Positions 40,717-58,389 are shown, counted from the stretch's first letter. The stretch is DNA of 64,000 nucleotides from Eledone cirrhosa (GCA_964016885.1 OZ024741.1:215078001-215142000); one strand, 5' to 3'. Translations and numbers: made by a program. The notes: generated by a model not told the origin, from the sequence alone.

Positions 40717-41851
40717 TACACATATATATACATACACATATACATACACACATTCACATACACATACATATATACATGCATATATACACATATATACATA
40801 CATACACACACTCATATATACACACACAATCTTACATTCATATTTGCATGCGCATATATGTATTTTTATATTCAGATATAAATACCCAAACCTATATAGA
40901 CACCTACCTACATATATATTCATACATACACGCTTACAAATACAGATGATAATAGTATGGGGGAAAGGGGGGGGTTTGGAGAAGGGGATCATAGTAAATA
41001 TATGTTTCAAGAAACATAGAATATTTTCCGTATCTTGATCCAATGTATGTTTTTACATAGTTTCAGTGTTAGGAAATACAATAAACAAGAACTAAGGCAA
41101 AATCTATGCATCTCAAAATAAACAAGTATACCATTAATTATATGTTAACTAAACCAAAGATAGTTAACATATTGATTTCTAAGGTGTAAATTAGTTAGGT
41201 TTATAATATTTGAAGCAGAATTTTGAAGTTAAATAGTAGTAGAGTATTAATTATAGTATAACTAAATTAAAGTTAATAACGTTATGGTATCAATATTAGG
41301 AAATGAATTTAGTAATAGGGAAAAAACAAATAAAATAAAGTATTACATCGGTAGTAGAATATAAATTATAGGTTAACTAAATTAAAAATTATATATTTAT
41401 TTCTATAGTATATGTTAATTAGGTATATAATACATAAAACAGATATTGTATTTTATCAATAGCATAATATAATTATATGCAAATAGACATCAAAATTAAT
41501 ACATATACATATACATATACATACACATACATATATACATATATATACACATATATATATATATACATATATACACATATACATACACACACACATACAC
41601 ATACACATATACATATACATATCTTTTTCAAAAAATTGCATAGAATATATTAACTAGGTATATATCCAAAACACATCCCATTCTATGATTACATGACTTT
41701 CTGCAATTCGTCTGTATAAGGATACTAATTTTAAGCAAATTAAAATTAAATTTTTAGGTTGATTAAAATTAAAACCAAATTATAAATATATTTCTAAAAT
41801 GTATATTAATTAGGTCTATAATACTAAAAATTATTTCTCTGTCATTGGATA
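37741..41851 (-). repeat. Left inverted arm (pLTR copy)
   Basis: Mirror of 43780-47937; the ORF track shows identical peptides on opposite strands. Confidence 0.95.
37795..37948 (-). ncRNA. Type I HHR with long stem II, inverted copy
   Basis: Reverse complement of 47730-47883. Confidence 0.82.
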
Positions 41852-41852
41852 A

Positions 41853-43547
41853 CAATTTGATATAGATAATTACTATTCTTCTATATCACCTATACTCCTG
41901 AACAAAGCATTGATATTTGCTAAAAATAGATCTAACTTAACTTTGGATGACATTAATATTATTACACATGCTAGACTAACACTTATTGAATTTCAGAATG
42001 AATACTGGACCAGAAACACATATAGTAATCTTTTTGATATTACTATGGGTTCAAGCGATTCCGCCCAAATTACTGATCTTGTGGGCCTCTTTCTCCTTTT
42101 CAACATAAATGCCTCTTTTCCCCACCTCAAAGGTGGTTTATATCGTGATGACTGTCTTCTTCTTTCTAACAACCTTAGCCTTTCAGAAATTGAAAAAAAC
42201 AAAAAACATATTAGAACTTTCCTTAAAGACTATTATAATCTTAATATTACTTTTGAAAAAACAAGTAAAGTAGTAAATTTCCTAGATATAACTTTAGATT
42301 TAGCTACGGGTATCTACCAACCTTACCATAAACCTAACCAAAACTTACATTACATACACTCACAATCTAATCACCCTAAATCTATCCTTAAAAACCTTGC
42401 ATATAATATATCACTTAGAATTTCTAACCTTTCTTCTAACCAAGATGTATTTGATAAAAATGCGACCTTCTATAACGAAGCTCTAGATAGAAGTGGCCAC
42501 AAAAATAGATTAGAGTATATACCTTCTACTAAAAATACTGAAAGCATACAACATAATATTACCAACAAACACCAAATGAAAAGTACACACCTAAATGCCA
42601 CCCACACTATACCCCAAAATACCAAATCTTCTAATATAAAGTATAGTAACTCTCAAAAAACTACTCATCATACAACTCTAATAAATATTAATAATAAAAC
42701 TCCTAATAAAAAGGATAAAACACCTAAATCTACAAATATAACTAAAAATAGTTGTGGTGAGATCATTAACATTAATCCTCCTAGTAAAAATCACGATACA
42801 ACCTATAAAAATAATAAAAATAATAAACAACATAGAAACCGTAATAGACGGGTTACTTGGTATAATGCTCCTTTTAATTTACAAGTTAAGGATAATATTG
42901 CTAAAAAATTTTTTTATATCCTTGGGAAAAACTTCCCGCCAAACCACAAATACCATCAAATCTTAAATAGGTCTACAGTTAAATTCTCATACTCTACAAC
43001 AAATAACATAAAACAAAATATAAGTGCTTATAATGCATATAAATGTAAGAAAACCATAAGTATACCACCAGTACATCAAATTAACCATAATATCTCCTCA
43101 AATACAGAATTAACGAAAGGATGTAACTGTAGAAACAAAGCAAACTGCCCATTAAAAGGGAATTGTCTTGTTAACAACATAGTCTATAAATGTAATGTTA
43201 AAACTAAAGATTCTATTTGCTCATATATAGGAGCTACCTCTAACAATTTTAAGACAAAGTTTAATACCCACAAGCATAGTTTTAAAAATGCCGCACTGGC
43301 TAATACAACATCTCTAGCAGAAAAAATCAATAGTTATAAAAATAAGAATATAGAATATGATTTGACCTGGAGTGTGCTCAAAAGAGCCACCCCTTATCAA
43401 AATAATAGAAATGAATGTAGATTATGTTCCCAAGAACTATTTGAAATAATGAAGTCTAAGGATATCTTATTAAATAAACGACAGGAATTAATTATATCGT
43501 GTAATCATAAATTAAAAAAAACATTTAAATATTATAAACCTAATTAA
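41853..43547 (+). CDS. 5'-truncated but uninterrupted PLE RT + GIY-YIG reading frame
   Basis: Open from QFDIDNYY through FDITMGSSD, GLYRDD, VNFLDITL, WYNAPF, CNCRNKANCPLKGNC, NIVY..SYIG, CRLCSQE, LLNKRQE..CNH to the stop; no native start codon. Confidence 0.93.
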   Translation, partial: QFDIDNYYSSISPILLNKALIFAKNRSNLTLDDINIITHARLTLIEFQNEYWTRNTYSNLFDITMGSSDSAQITDLVGLFLLFNINASFPHLKGGLYRDDCLLLSNNLSLSEIEKNKKHIRTFLKDYYNLNITFEKTSKVVNFLDITLDLATGIYQPYHKPNQNLHYIHSQSNHPKSILKNLAYNISLRISNLSSNQDVFDKNATFYNEALDRSGHKNRLEYIPSTKNTESIQHNITNKHQMKSTHLNATHTIPQNTKSSNIKYSNSQKTTHHTTLININNKTPNKKDKTPKSTNITKNSCGEIININPPSKNHDTTYKNNKNNKQHRNRNRRVTWYNAPFNLQVKDNIAKKFFYILGKNFPPNHKYHQILNRSTVKFSYSTTNNIKQNISAYNAYKCKKTISIPPVHQINHNISSNTELTKGCNCRNKANCPLKGNCLVNNIVYKCNVKTKDSICSYIGATSNNFKTKFNTHKHSFKNAALANTTSLAEKINSYKNKNIEYDLTWSVLKRATPYQNNRNECRLCSQELFEIMKSKDILLNKRQELIISCNHKLKKTFKYYKPN

Positions 43548-43779
43548 TAACATTATTTTAGAAATTAATTTAATTTAAATGTTATTTAACCTATAAATTT
43601 AATTTAATTAAAATTTTATTACAGATGAGAATATAAAATATTATGTAATCATAAATTGTGAAAAACCTTTAAATATTACTAATATATACTTAGTAATTTA
43701 ATTTATAGATTAATTTTAATTTATTTAAACCTTTTATTATAATTCTTTTACAGATAAAATATAACAAAATAACATCGTG

Positions 43780-48098
<4,319 letters not shown>

Positions 48099-48129
48099 CA
48101 TTTATATATATATATGTATATATAATATA

Positions 48130-49250
48130 AGATAAAAAGATGGTTAAAAGAGTTCCAAGTATTTTATTACGCGCATTTCAAAAACAAATATCATCATGGG
48201 ATGATATTTGCGTTCTCATCAGATAAAATAAGGAGACATAATATGAAGCTTAAAAAACACTTGCGAGCAGTGAAGTGTTAAATCAACATATGAAAAATAA
48301 AGTAAGATGGATATATGAGATTGGGGAAAAAAAAAAGGAGGGGGGTGGGGCTAGGAAAAGGTAAGGAAGAGGAAGAAAGAAAATAAAGGATGACGGGGGA
48401 GGAGTATAAGAAGGAAGGATGAGAGAGGGGGAGAAATGAGTGATAGAGAGAGAGATAGCCTTTACAACTGAGAAAACATTGTCTTACAGAGAGAAATTAA
48501 AAAACCGTTGAAAGATAATAGATAATTTTAAAAGATTTTGAAATTAAAAGTTAATGAGGTTTATGAATGGTGGTGTTTATGATTGGAGAAAAAGGAATTA
48601 AGAATAGTATTTATTTAAGGTTTATAAATTGAAGGGTTTAGTAATATGTGCGAAAACAAAAATGTATTAATATGTATTATTAAAATAAAAATATTAAGGA
48701 TATTAAGGATATAATGTGAAAGAAGGAGAGATTGAATGAATTATGAGCTTAGAGGAATTAGTTAGGGTTTAAGTTTGTTTTTATGTATTGTAATATGTAA
48801 AAGTAAATAATAGGTTTAATACGAGCACGGAAGGAGAGAGGAAAGAAGAAAATTTAAGGAAGAAAAAATATCTAACGTCAAAAAGTATATATGTTTATAA
48901 AATTTACTAATGGTAATATTATTATATATTTAAAAAATATAGTTTCTATATATAAGGAAAAATGGAAAAATGGAAAATGCTATAGTGCTATATGAATTAA
49001 GAAGTAATTGGGAAGTAAAAGTTACAGATTAAAGATTAGAAATTAAAAAAGAAAAAAAGGAAGAAAGGAAAAAGGATAAAAAGAAGAAAGATAGGGGACC
49101 TCTAACGACATAGAATGAGTAAATTGTATAATATAATATACTGAAATAAGGTAGAAAGATGGATATATTTGTAAAAGATATAAAAGCCTTTGAGAAAAGA
49201 TTTAAAACTAATTAGGTATTGAGATATTTTAAACTAATTAGGTATTGAGA
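48130..49250 (-). mobile_element. Non-coding PLE 3' UTR/pLTR remnant
   Basis: HHR near the (TA)n junction; pyrimidine-rich sense strand like the other PLE UTRs here. Confidence 0.65.
48160..48230 (-). ncRNA. Type I HHR
   Basis: Minus strand: TATTTTAT-CTGATGA-GAACG CAAATATCATC ccat GATGATATTTG TTTTT-GAAA-TGCGCG-TA-ATAAAATA. Confidence 0.82.
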
Positions 49251-49320
49251 TACTTTATGGAATGTTCTATGGGATCCGATATTTGCATTGCTTTATTGTG
49301 CTACAATAAAACTCACCTCC

Positions 49321-49402
<82 letters not shown>

Positions 49403-49567
49403 TAGTCTATCGTTCCTTTGGTATATATTGTGTGTTAGTTTCGCCTACCACAATGTTCGATTTGTCAAGCTATTTAAACGTATGTTATAACTCTGAGACC
49501 TATCTTATCGAGTGCTTTGCTAACTCATCACTTCATATAAGTAGACCGAATTTACTTGCAAACCGCC

Positions 49568-49664
<97 letters not shown>

Positions 49665-49695
49665 TAGATAGATATATAGATAGATAGATAGATAT

Positions 49696-49750
<55 letters not shown>

Positions 49751-49789
49751 CATAACATATATATGTGTATGTATGTATATGTACATATA

Positions 49790-49930
49790 ATAATTGTTTC
49801 TACTTTTGGCAGAAGGCCAGCAAATACCCAGTACATTACTGGTACTTTATTTTATCGACTCTGTAAGGATGAAAGGCAAAGTTAACCTCGGCAGGATTTG
49901 AACTCAGAACGTAAAGGACCATAACTCCAT
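49790..49930 (-). mobile_element. Nin/Deu-core SINE, partial
   Basis: Same sequence as 10818-10940. Confidence 0.8.
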
Positions 49931-50003
49931 GGTGTTTGATGCTCTACCCATATTGCCCAATAATAAAGGACGATTTGTTATGTCTTCATTACGTTTATTG
50001 AAT

Positions 50004-50040
50004 AGTGACGCGCGTTTCGCTATTGATCAGCTCACAGTTC
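50004..50040 (-). ncRNA. Degenerate minimal HHR
   Basis: Minus strand: CTGTGA-GCT gatcaat AGC-GAAA-CGCGCG-TC, followed by AATAAA; one core base missing. Confidence 0.5.
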
Positions 50041-50069
50041 GATCTGTATCGATCTAACCCGACTCTGGA

Positions 50070-50143
<74 letters not shown>

Positions 50144-50147
<4 letters not shown>

Positions 50148-50340
50148 AATTCGGGCCCGCGACAGCTGAGCTCCTGCTCCGCGACAGCTGAGCTCCTGCT
50201 GCTTCAGCAGCTAGATCTGTTGGGATCTAACTATTGAAACGGCAGGAACTATGACGACGGGGGCCCGAATTTTTCATATTACCCACTCTACTACTACCCC
50301 AAGTATCGAGTACTCTAGTGAGTAATGGTCTAACTGATTT
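50144..50340. mobile_element. Family B-related short palindrome with tail
   Basis: GAAAAATTCGGGCCC...GGGCCCGAATTTTTC, tail ATTACCCACTCTACTAC. Confidence 0.7.
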
Positions 50341-50629
50341 ATATATATATATAAACACCGACCCTCTCACTCACATAAACACAACTCAACACATATTCCC
50401 ACATACATATTGATAATAGGACGAGGAGAGAAGCAATTCAAATGAAGATAGTTGGCAAGGTGAGTCTAGTTTTTTACCGTATCATGCCAGGGTTTGGATA
50501 GATTGGCGCAAATATTTGTTACTAATTATGCATTGTAAATGAGCGTATTGCCAAACTGAGATTTATTCGGTCTCACATAGATTATGAAGCAACTGAAGAG
50601 TGTAGTGTTGGCTCTGAGACAATTCATAG

Positions 50630-50697
<68 letters not shown>

Positions 50698-50698
50698 G

Positions 50699-50751
<53 letters not shown>

Positions 50752-50825
50752 TTGTGTGTGTGTATGTGTGTGTGTGTCTATGTTTGCGTGTGTATGTGTG
50801 TGAGTCTATCAGAATGGAGTCGGTA

Positions 50826-51010
50826 AAAACCAGTTAGACTATTACTCACAACAGTACTCGATACTTGGCGTAGTAGAGTGGGTAATATGAAAAATTCGGG
50901 ACCCCGACGGCTGAGCTCCGGCCATTTCAACAGCTAGATCCGAAATCCGAGTTCGAATCTAGCTGTTGAAACGGCCGGAGCTCACCCGTCGGGGTCCAGA
51001 AATTTTCATA
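50826..51010. mobile_element. Family B-related short palindrome with tail
   Basis: Arms at about 50887-50944 and 50953-51010; tail homologous to 50278-50340. Confidence 0.75.
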
Positions 51011-51568
51011 TATATATATATAGTAATAAGAAAAGCTTAGATGATCTGGATAGCAGGCTTTCAGAGAAGAATCTTCTCTCAAGCGAATATTTCAGCCCTC
51101 TATACATATATATATTCGACACAGACAAACACACGCGCACACACACACACACGCACGCACACAAACACAGAGACACAGCATGAGTGTGTGCAGCAATATC
51201 CGTAGGTGTGGAAAATGAAAAAGAAAACATTGTTTAATAGGGAAGAGAGCAGAAATATATTATTTATTTAAGTTTATAGACGGAACAGTTTTTCATATAT
51301 ATAAAGCTTCATAAACTGGCGTTTCAAGATCACAATTAAGACCCCCCTTTAGACGCTTATACGAGTTTATAACATTAAATATTACCATCACTATACTACA
51401 TTCCAACACTTAATAATATACTTTTGATTTAGCCTATGAACACTCACACGTCTACGATCGCGGTCTTCAAATTTACATCTTGGATTTATTTCCCTTTGAT
51501 ATAATACTACCTTCATAAACTAGCGTCGATCTCATAAAGAATTATTCGTTACAACGAATTTTTTTATA

Positions 51569-52846
51569 CCGGGTGTAACAGCAACATTGTCACACTCACA
51601 CATTTTTTAAACTTCTTAAATCCAAATAACTAATAGATTTGCAATTTTCCATGTTTACAGACACACCGTTTGGCCATACTGACACCAGAGTTTGCAAGAA
51701 TCAGTGAAATACCTATTGAGATATTTAACTAGAAAGAGAACAGATTGAAATCGTGTTGTGCCCGCCTCACAATGTCTTGCCAACTACGCAATGTTGAGCG
51801 GGCTAAGATCATCCAGGCTTTCAGTAATGGTACCAACATTTATTCTATGGCTTCCGTCTTGAAAGTCCTTTCAAGAACCATCAAGAGAATTCTGAATAAG
51901 TTTGAGAAAGAGAGAATAATGGAGAGGAAAACTGGATCAGGAGGTCATTACCACAAGAGGGATCATCATTTCAATTTGGAGCTGTGAGGCAGGAGTTTCA
52001 GCTATGACAGTTCAAAGAGCCGTGACAGAAGACTTGGAAATGAAATCATATGTGAGACCAGTGAGGCACCTTGTTACTCGAGGACAAAAGTTTAGAAGGT
52101 TGGAGAATGCGAAGATCATCTTGAACAAAGTGAAACATAATCCTGGTGTAATCTTTTACACAGATGAGAAGAATGTCACCCAAAATACGCACAGAAACAG
52201 ACGCAACAGCCGCGTTCTGGTTTCAGATCCTTAAGAGAGAGATGAAAATACCATTTTTAGATGCAAAAACCCTGCCAAATTGGTGGTTTTTGCCGGCGTG
52301 GCCTCTGATGGAAAGAAGATGCCATTGATCCTGTTTGAGATGGTTGGCAGTCTGAAAGTAGTTTGTTATGTTCAGCTTTTGAAAGATGTAAAGACCTGGA
52401 TACTTTCTGAATATCCTGAGGCAGGAGTCGAGGGAAATCCCAACAAGATCGCTAAGGTCTTCAAGTTTACATTCCAGCAAGACATAGCTACGTTCCACAT
52501 AAGTGCAGTAGCTCAAAAATTTCTCAGAGATGAATTTGGGAACAGGTTTTGGGATAAGGACACTTGGCCCACTTCATCACTTGATTTGAACCCATTATAG
52601 CTCAGCATCAAGAATTAACTGGTCAGAAAAGCTTGTTAGAAGTGCCAGAGTAACCTGAAAGCCCTCAAAATCCCCATTCGTAGGACATGGGAGGAGGACA
52701 TTCATTAGGAAAGCTTGTATTGCAGTTAGAAAAAGGGTTGAGGAAGTCATTGCCAAAAGAGGAGCAACTCTTGATGCCTAACAGGTAGGATTTCGGACAG
52801 AAGTTCGAAGTTTAATCTAAAATTTAGACAATTTTGCTGGTACACC

Positions 52847-52849
<3 letters not shown>
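51569..52849 (+). mobile_element. Tc1/mariner DNA transposon, maT (DD37D)-like, decayed
   Basis: TIR (C/T)CGGGTGTA.CAGCAA.ATTGTC with TA flanks; transposase fragments RKTGSGG, EDLEMKSY, FYTDEK, FAGVASDG, FQQD, WPTSSLDLNPL. Confidence 0.88.
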
Positions 52850-52899
<50 letters not shown>

Positions 52900-52903
<4 letters not shown>

Positions 52904-52961
52904 GTGTACCAGCAAAATTATATATATATATATATATATATAATTTTGCTGGTACACCCGA
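52900..52961. mobile_element. Minimal TIR-(TA)n-TIR unit of the maT-like element
   Basis: TCAGGTGTACCAGCAAAATT (TA)n AATTTTGCTGGTACACCCGA. Confidence 0.75.
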
Positions 52962-52984
52962 TATATATATATATATATATATAT

Positions 52985-53274
52985 ATTGTTATATTTGGGG
53001 AGGGTCATATTTGCGTAATATTGCCAGAATTAATAACAGAACACACTCACTGTTTGGTTGGTTTTCGCTTCTCGCTGTCTTTTATATATATATATCTGAG
53101 ATCGCAGATATATATATATAAAAGACAGCGAGAAGCGAAAACCAACCAAACAGTGAGTGTGTTCTGTTATTAATTCTGGCAATATTACGCAAATATGACC
53201 CTCCCCAAATATAACAATATCTGTTTCGACACACGATTTCATATAAAAAACCTCGCAAAACTAATTCATCGCCG

Positions 53275-53278
<4 letters not shown>
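52985..53278. mobile_element. Family A-related pLTR palindrome (arms 52985-53098 and 53105-53220) with coding tail
   Basis: Perfect inverted arms; 53195-53278 encodes MTLPKYNNICFDTRFHIKNLAKLIHRRY. Confidence 0.82.
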
Positions 53279-53311
<33 letters not shown>

Positions 53312-53314
<3 letters not shown>

Positions 53315-53416
53315 GGTGTACCAGCAAAATTGTCTAAATTTTAGATTAAACTTCGAACTTCTGGCCGAAATCCTACCTGTTAGGCATCAAGAGTTGCTCC
53401 TCTTTTGGCAATGACT
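53312..53416 (-). repeat. Inverted copy of the maT-like element right end (52745-52849)
   Basis: 105-bp reverse complement. Confidence 0.9.
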
Positions 53417-53961
53417 GAAGGTTATATATATATATCAGAAGGTTCTTTTCACTCGGAGAATATAAAATTCCCGAGTTCAAATTACGAACTGGCGCTATTC
53501 AAAATTGTTCCCGAGATGAGAATGAATGATGTGGAAGCAATTCTATCCAGTGCCGTGTGCAAAGATAGTAGGCAGAGACAGGGAGGTCAATCTACCACCT
53601 CTATAAATAGCAGTAGTCAAAACGACCAAATTTTATCTCCACCAAGAGGAGACTAATAATAATAAAGTATATATCCCTACACGCAAAAGCGTATAGGGAC
53701 ACATGTATTGTCCAACCATATACCAATGTGGTTCAATGGCAGGTTAATAAATTAACGAGCCAGAACATATATAATCAACGTTTAGCAAATAAGATATATA
53801 TATATATGCATTCACATATTTATATTACTGAACAAATGGCGGACGGAGACAAATTAGTATTTGTAGGTAAGAATTAACGGACCTTATCTTTGAAGGCAGG
53901 TAATCGAATGTCATATGTTGTTCAATGTGAGGTGAGAATTATTGAACTATGATAGGTGATG

Positions 53962-54229
53962 GTGGAGGCACGTGTCCTAGTGGTAAGGGTGTCGTGGGTT
54001 CGATTCCTGAGTTGCGTGTTGTGTTCTTGAACAAAAACACTTCATGTCACGTTTCTCCAGCATACTCAACTGAAAATGAGTACCGGCAATAACTGGCGGT
54101 TTAACCCTGGATGGACTGGTGTCCTGTTCAGGGGGGAGTCTTTTACTCTCAGTCGATTCACGCTATGAAACCGGGATAGGCACCGGCCAAATGAGCCTTC
54201 TGGCTTAAGACAGACTTTAGACATTAGAT
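53962..54229 (+). mobile_element. tRNA-derived SINE with Meta-like domain, 10-bp TSD
   Basis: Homologous to 26343-26641; TSD ATAGGTGATG at 53952-53961 and 54230-54239. Confidence 0.8.
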
Positions 54230-55035
54230 ATAGGTGATGTGATTGACTTCCAGCGGTTTCGATGAGGAGTGTTCCAATTGTAAGAACAACGAAACTGCCT
54301 GCTTCTAAAATGTACATGGAAGTGACCGAACAGTCCACAAACTATTGTTCCCTTAATATAGTTGTCAGACAGATACATAGTGATACATTGTTTAACAATG
54401 CTGTCGCCTTTCTGTTATTTTATCCTGTAGGTTTCAGTGGAGTAACGTAAAATAAAATGTCTTACACAAGAACACAATACCCTAGCGGTTATCGACCAAA
54501 CGTCTTTGCCAACGTGAGTCGATCGCTTTAACCACTAACCCATGTGCCTTCACTATAAGGCACATATATTACAATGAAACTCCACCTCAGGAGTTGGTTG
54601 TATCATTGAAGGTGGTTTTATCTAAAGATTCCCCCATATGCTCATAGAAATTACATTCAGAGTTGAAATATTGTTTTCCCGTTTCTTGTCTAGCTTCATG
54701 CTGAGCTTGAAGCAGTATTGGTAGATGTAATAATTATGAATATATTGTTTATGGGATAGATATAAATTGGTATTTATATTTATCCAGCAGTGAAGATATC
54801 CCACGTTGGGACACCATTACAGATCTCGAAGAGATTACAATAGAATATCAAAATATATTGAATTTTTTACCGTTTCATTTGCAGGTCGTTAAACATAAGT
54901 TTATGATTTATTTATTTATATTTATTAAAAGTTATTTCTTATGTAGATATTTCTCATATATACAGATGGATAGAGTGACACAGACAGAAACTGGCTGAGG
55001 AAAAGCAGATGCATACTCTCACACACACACACACA

Positions 55036-55112
<77 letters not shown>

Positions 55113-55113
55113 T

Positions 55114-55151
<38 letters not shown>

Positions 55152-55153
<2 letters not shown>

Positions 55154-55290
55154 AAAGGGAAAAAGATGAAATCGAAAATGCAACTGGAGTCTTTTTAAGA
55201 ATATTTATTTGTTTCTTTTACCGGTTTCACAGTTCTTATGCTTTTCAAAAGTAGAGTTGAGATGGAGAGTTTGTGGCTCTTCTCGCATCT
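55152..55290 (-). mobile_element. PLE pLTR family D (HHR 55215-55252)
   Basis: Homologous to 31886-32030; TTGAAAA core. Confidence 0.75.
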
Positions 55291-55387
<97 letters not shown>

Positions 55388-55640
55388 GGGGGGGGGGTCT
55401 TTCGTTTGTATCTTTATTTTCAAAAAATTATTTTTTTAAGCTTTCCTTTAAAAAATAATGTTTTTTCTTTTGCCTTGTTATCATCCGTTATCTTGTCCTC
55501 TCTGTTAATTTTCCCAGGTTTATTTTTAGTAATCTGTGACGAGCCCATTTTTCTTACAACTGTAACCGTATACACACACACACACACACACACACATACA
55601 AACACATACACACATACACACACACACACATATTTATATA

Positions 55641-56535
55641 CGAGGTGTGTCAGAAAAGTTCCAGGACTCATGTCACAAAAGATTTATTTCAAACCTAAAT
55701 TTCACACTAAGTGTTTTCTCCTTCAAAGTAATCCCCCTGGAGTATGTTGCTGTAATCTTAGCTCTCTGCAGCGATCAAACTTTTTTCTTCATAATTTTAT
55801 ATACATGTCCTCTGTTTCAGGTCGTCAAGCAATGAGCACAGTGCAACGATCGAATTTGAAAACTCCGTCAGAAGCACTGGGATTGTTGCAGCAAGTGTAT
55901 GGAGATGAGACGATGTCACGCTCACGTGTTTTTGAGTTGTGCAAGAGGTTTAGGGAAGGACGCGAGGAAGTGGAAGATGACCCCAGGAGCGAAAGGCCCT
56001 CAACAACCAGGACTGAGGTCAACGTTGAGCGCGTCAGGTAGATGGTGCGTAGCGATCGTCGGCTGACTGTTCGACTGATGGCTAATGAGCCGGGCATGAA
56101 TCGGGACAGCGTCTGGAAGATTCTCACCGAAGATTTGGACATGCGGAAAGTCTGCGCGAAGATGGTGCCAAAACTGCTGAACAATGACCAGAAGGGTCGA
56201 CGCATGCAAGTGTGCCAGGACATCCTCGAGCGTCTTGAAACCGAACAATAATTGCTACGGACAGTCATCACCGGTGATGAGGCATGGATTTTCGAGTACA
56301 ACCCGGAGGGGACCCGTTTTGAAGACGTGGACGACATCAAAAAGGCCGTGACGACGGAACTGCGGAGGATCCCGGAAGAATCCTCCCAGGAGTGAATGAA
56401 AGCGTGGCAGAAAAGGATGGAAAAGTGCATTAGACTCCAGGGGATTACTTTGAAGGAGAAAACTCTTAGTGTGAAGTTTGTGTTTGAAATAAATCTTTTG
56501 TGACATCAGTCCTGGAACTTTTCTGACCCACCTCG
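55641..56535 (+). mobile_element. Mariner-like transposon, internally deleted
   Basis: TIRs of about 50 bp, CGAGGTG.GTCAGAAAAGTTCCAGGACT.., with TA TSD. Transposase VYGDETMSRSRVF, KVCAKMVPKLL, ITGDEAWIFEYNPE is fused directly to GTRF..GDYFEG, so the catalytic centre is deleted. Confidence 0.92.
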
Positions 56536-56545
56536 TATATATAAT

Positions 56546-56737
56546 AATAATTGTTTCTACTTTTGGCACAAGGCCAGCAATTAACCAGTGTATTACTGGT
56601 ACTTTATTTTATCGACCCCGTAAGGATGAAAGGCAAAGTTAACCTCGGCAGGATTTGAACTCAGAATGGCAAGGGCCGTAACTCTATGCGTCAAAGCATG
56701 GCGTCCGACCCACTACCGATACTGCCAGTTCACCGCC
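56546..56737 (-). mobile_element. Nin/Deu-core SINE
   Basis: Same family as 10818-10985. Confidence 0.85.
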
Positions 56738-56742
56738 AATAA

Positions 56743-56990
56743 TATTTGGGAAAAGTAAGCAAGATAAGAGAAAATCTTTACCTACTTACTTTGATGTCCC
56801 GACTGCAGTTTCGCTGAATAATTACAATATTATTCTCATAATATTGTAATTACTCAGCGAAACTGCAGTCGGAACATCAAAGTAAGTAGGTAAAGTTTTT
56901 TTCTCATCTTGTTTACTTTTCCCAAATATAATTTTATTAAGCTCTGAATAAATTGATCTCTGTTACTTCTTTCATAGTGCAGACCCTCTT
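56743..56990. mobile_element. pLTR palindrome (arms 56743-56833 and 56838-56929) retaining only the 3' half of an HHR
   Basis: GC-GAAA-CTGCAG-TC in each arm; tail after 56930. Confidence 0.7.
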
Positions 56991-57601
56991 AAATTTCGGT
57001 TGAATGCTATAAACCATTGAGCTAAACAGCTCCTGACAACGATTTCCCCTTTAAATAGAAAGCTAAATAGAAAGCTAAACTAACAGCTTGAATGTAACAA
57101 CATTACGAAAATAAACTCTCCGAGCTTCGGGTAGAGTGGATATGTTTAGAAAATGCAGAAATCTCAAACAGAAAATAACTGCAACTACGGTCGAATGCTT
57201 TAAATAATAGCTGAGAAAATTGGGTAAAATACCCCTATAGATTGATTGAATGATTTCATATTCCCCATATCTACCCCCACTTCCCCCAACTCCTCCCACC
57301 GTTTTCGAATAATTCTGTGTGATATGATGAGAATTGATATTTACTTGGTTACAACTAAGAAATATTTTTGAGGTCTTGCTCGCGGGTCACAGCCTCTTGC
57401 AACCCCCCAAGAGCCCAGCCCCCCTCCCCAGTCTTCTGTGACACTAGAGTCCTTGCCATTCCATCCCTTTTCCGTTTTGTTCTCTTTTCTTTATATTTTC
57501 CTATTTTACATTGCATTCTTTCTTCTCAATCTCAAGTTTCTTTTTTTACTTTTCTATTAAACTGTATTTATAATAATATATCAACAACAAATATATCGCG
57601 A

Positions 57602-57745
57602 AGGCGCATTGCTTAGTGGTTAGAGCATGGGGCTTGCAATCGAAAGGTTGTGAGTTCAATTCTCGAACCGAGTGATGTGTTGTTTCCTTGAGCAAGATAC
57701 TTTATTTCATGTTGCTCCTGTTTACTCAGCTGTAGAAACGAGATG
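57602..57745 (+). mobile_element. tRNA-derived CORE-like SINE, partial
   Basis: TGCTTAGTGGTTAG (A box), GAGTTCAATTC (B box), CCTTGAGCAAGATACTT. Confidence 0.7.
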
Positions 57746-57879
57746 GTAGGACATTAAATTACCCAAGACACCTCCAACGGGATATACCTTGGAGAAAGCC
57801 AGCTAAACCTGCATAGGTGTGAGTTGTCACACACAAATATATTTAATTTAAAAAAAAAGATTATATTTTATTTTCCAAA

Positions 57880-58240
57880 GTTCAAAGTTGTATAAACAAC
57901 ATTACAAATAAACATACAGAAAAAAGAGAACAGTATTGGAAAGGACTATAAATGCCATAAATGAGGGGAAAAGGAGGAGAAGAGCAAGGACTACTAGAGA
58001 AAGAAAGAGGGAAGGGAGACTATGTCAGACACTACACATATGTCTGAGCGATCTTTCGGCTGTGCCCCGCGGAAAGAATGGCTAAGGCATTTCTGTGGAC
58101 AATGGCCAGTGACACACGCTGCAACAGCCACCCCACCGCGCGGGATGTCTTCCACAGACGGGCTGCCATCGAGCCGATTTTCCGGAAGAGCTCAACTGTC
58201 CGTGGTCCAAGGACGCCTGATGTCTTGACGGTGACCGGTG
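57880..58240 (-). mobile_element. 3' end of a CRE-like RLE non-LTR retrotransposon
   Basis: FAPVTVKTSGVLG..LLQRVSLAIVHRNALAIL is the typical CRE-type C-terminus. Confidence 0.7.
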
Positions 58241-58389
58241 CAAATATTGTTGTTGTTGCTGTTAATATGTTGGTTATTGTCATTTCTTTTTTATTGTTGT
58301 TGTCTTAACATAGTCGGTGTCTGATTCATAACAGCTATGAGTATAAGTGTTATGTTTGTTATGGTGGTTGTAATTTTTGTGTGGAAGGT

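Noticed and set aside
41853-43547. Selenocysteine-recoding Naiad
   Set aside because: Some Naiads use in-frame UGA at conserved Cys positions, but all three Naiad-type copies here have ordinary Cys codons at those motifs.
51045-51100. Degenerate HHR-like hairpin on the minus strand (AGAGAAG/CTTCTCT-GAAA-GCCTGC-TA)
   Set aside because: The CUGANGA core and stem I do not fit adequately.
54690-54900. Possible host exon(s): splice-acceptor-like tracts and open frame SEDIPRWDTITDLEE
   Set aside because: No recognisable homology and no convincing donor/acceptor pair in frame; needs RNA-seq or tBLASTn.
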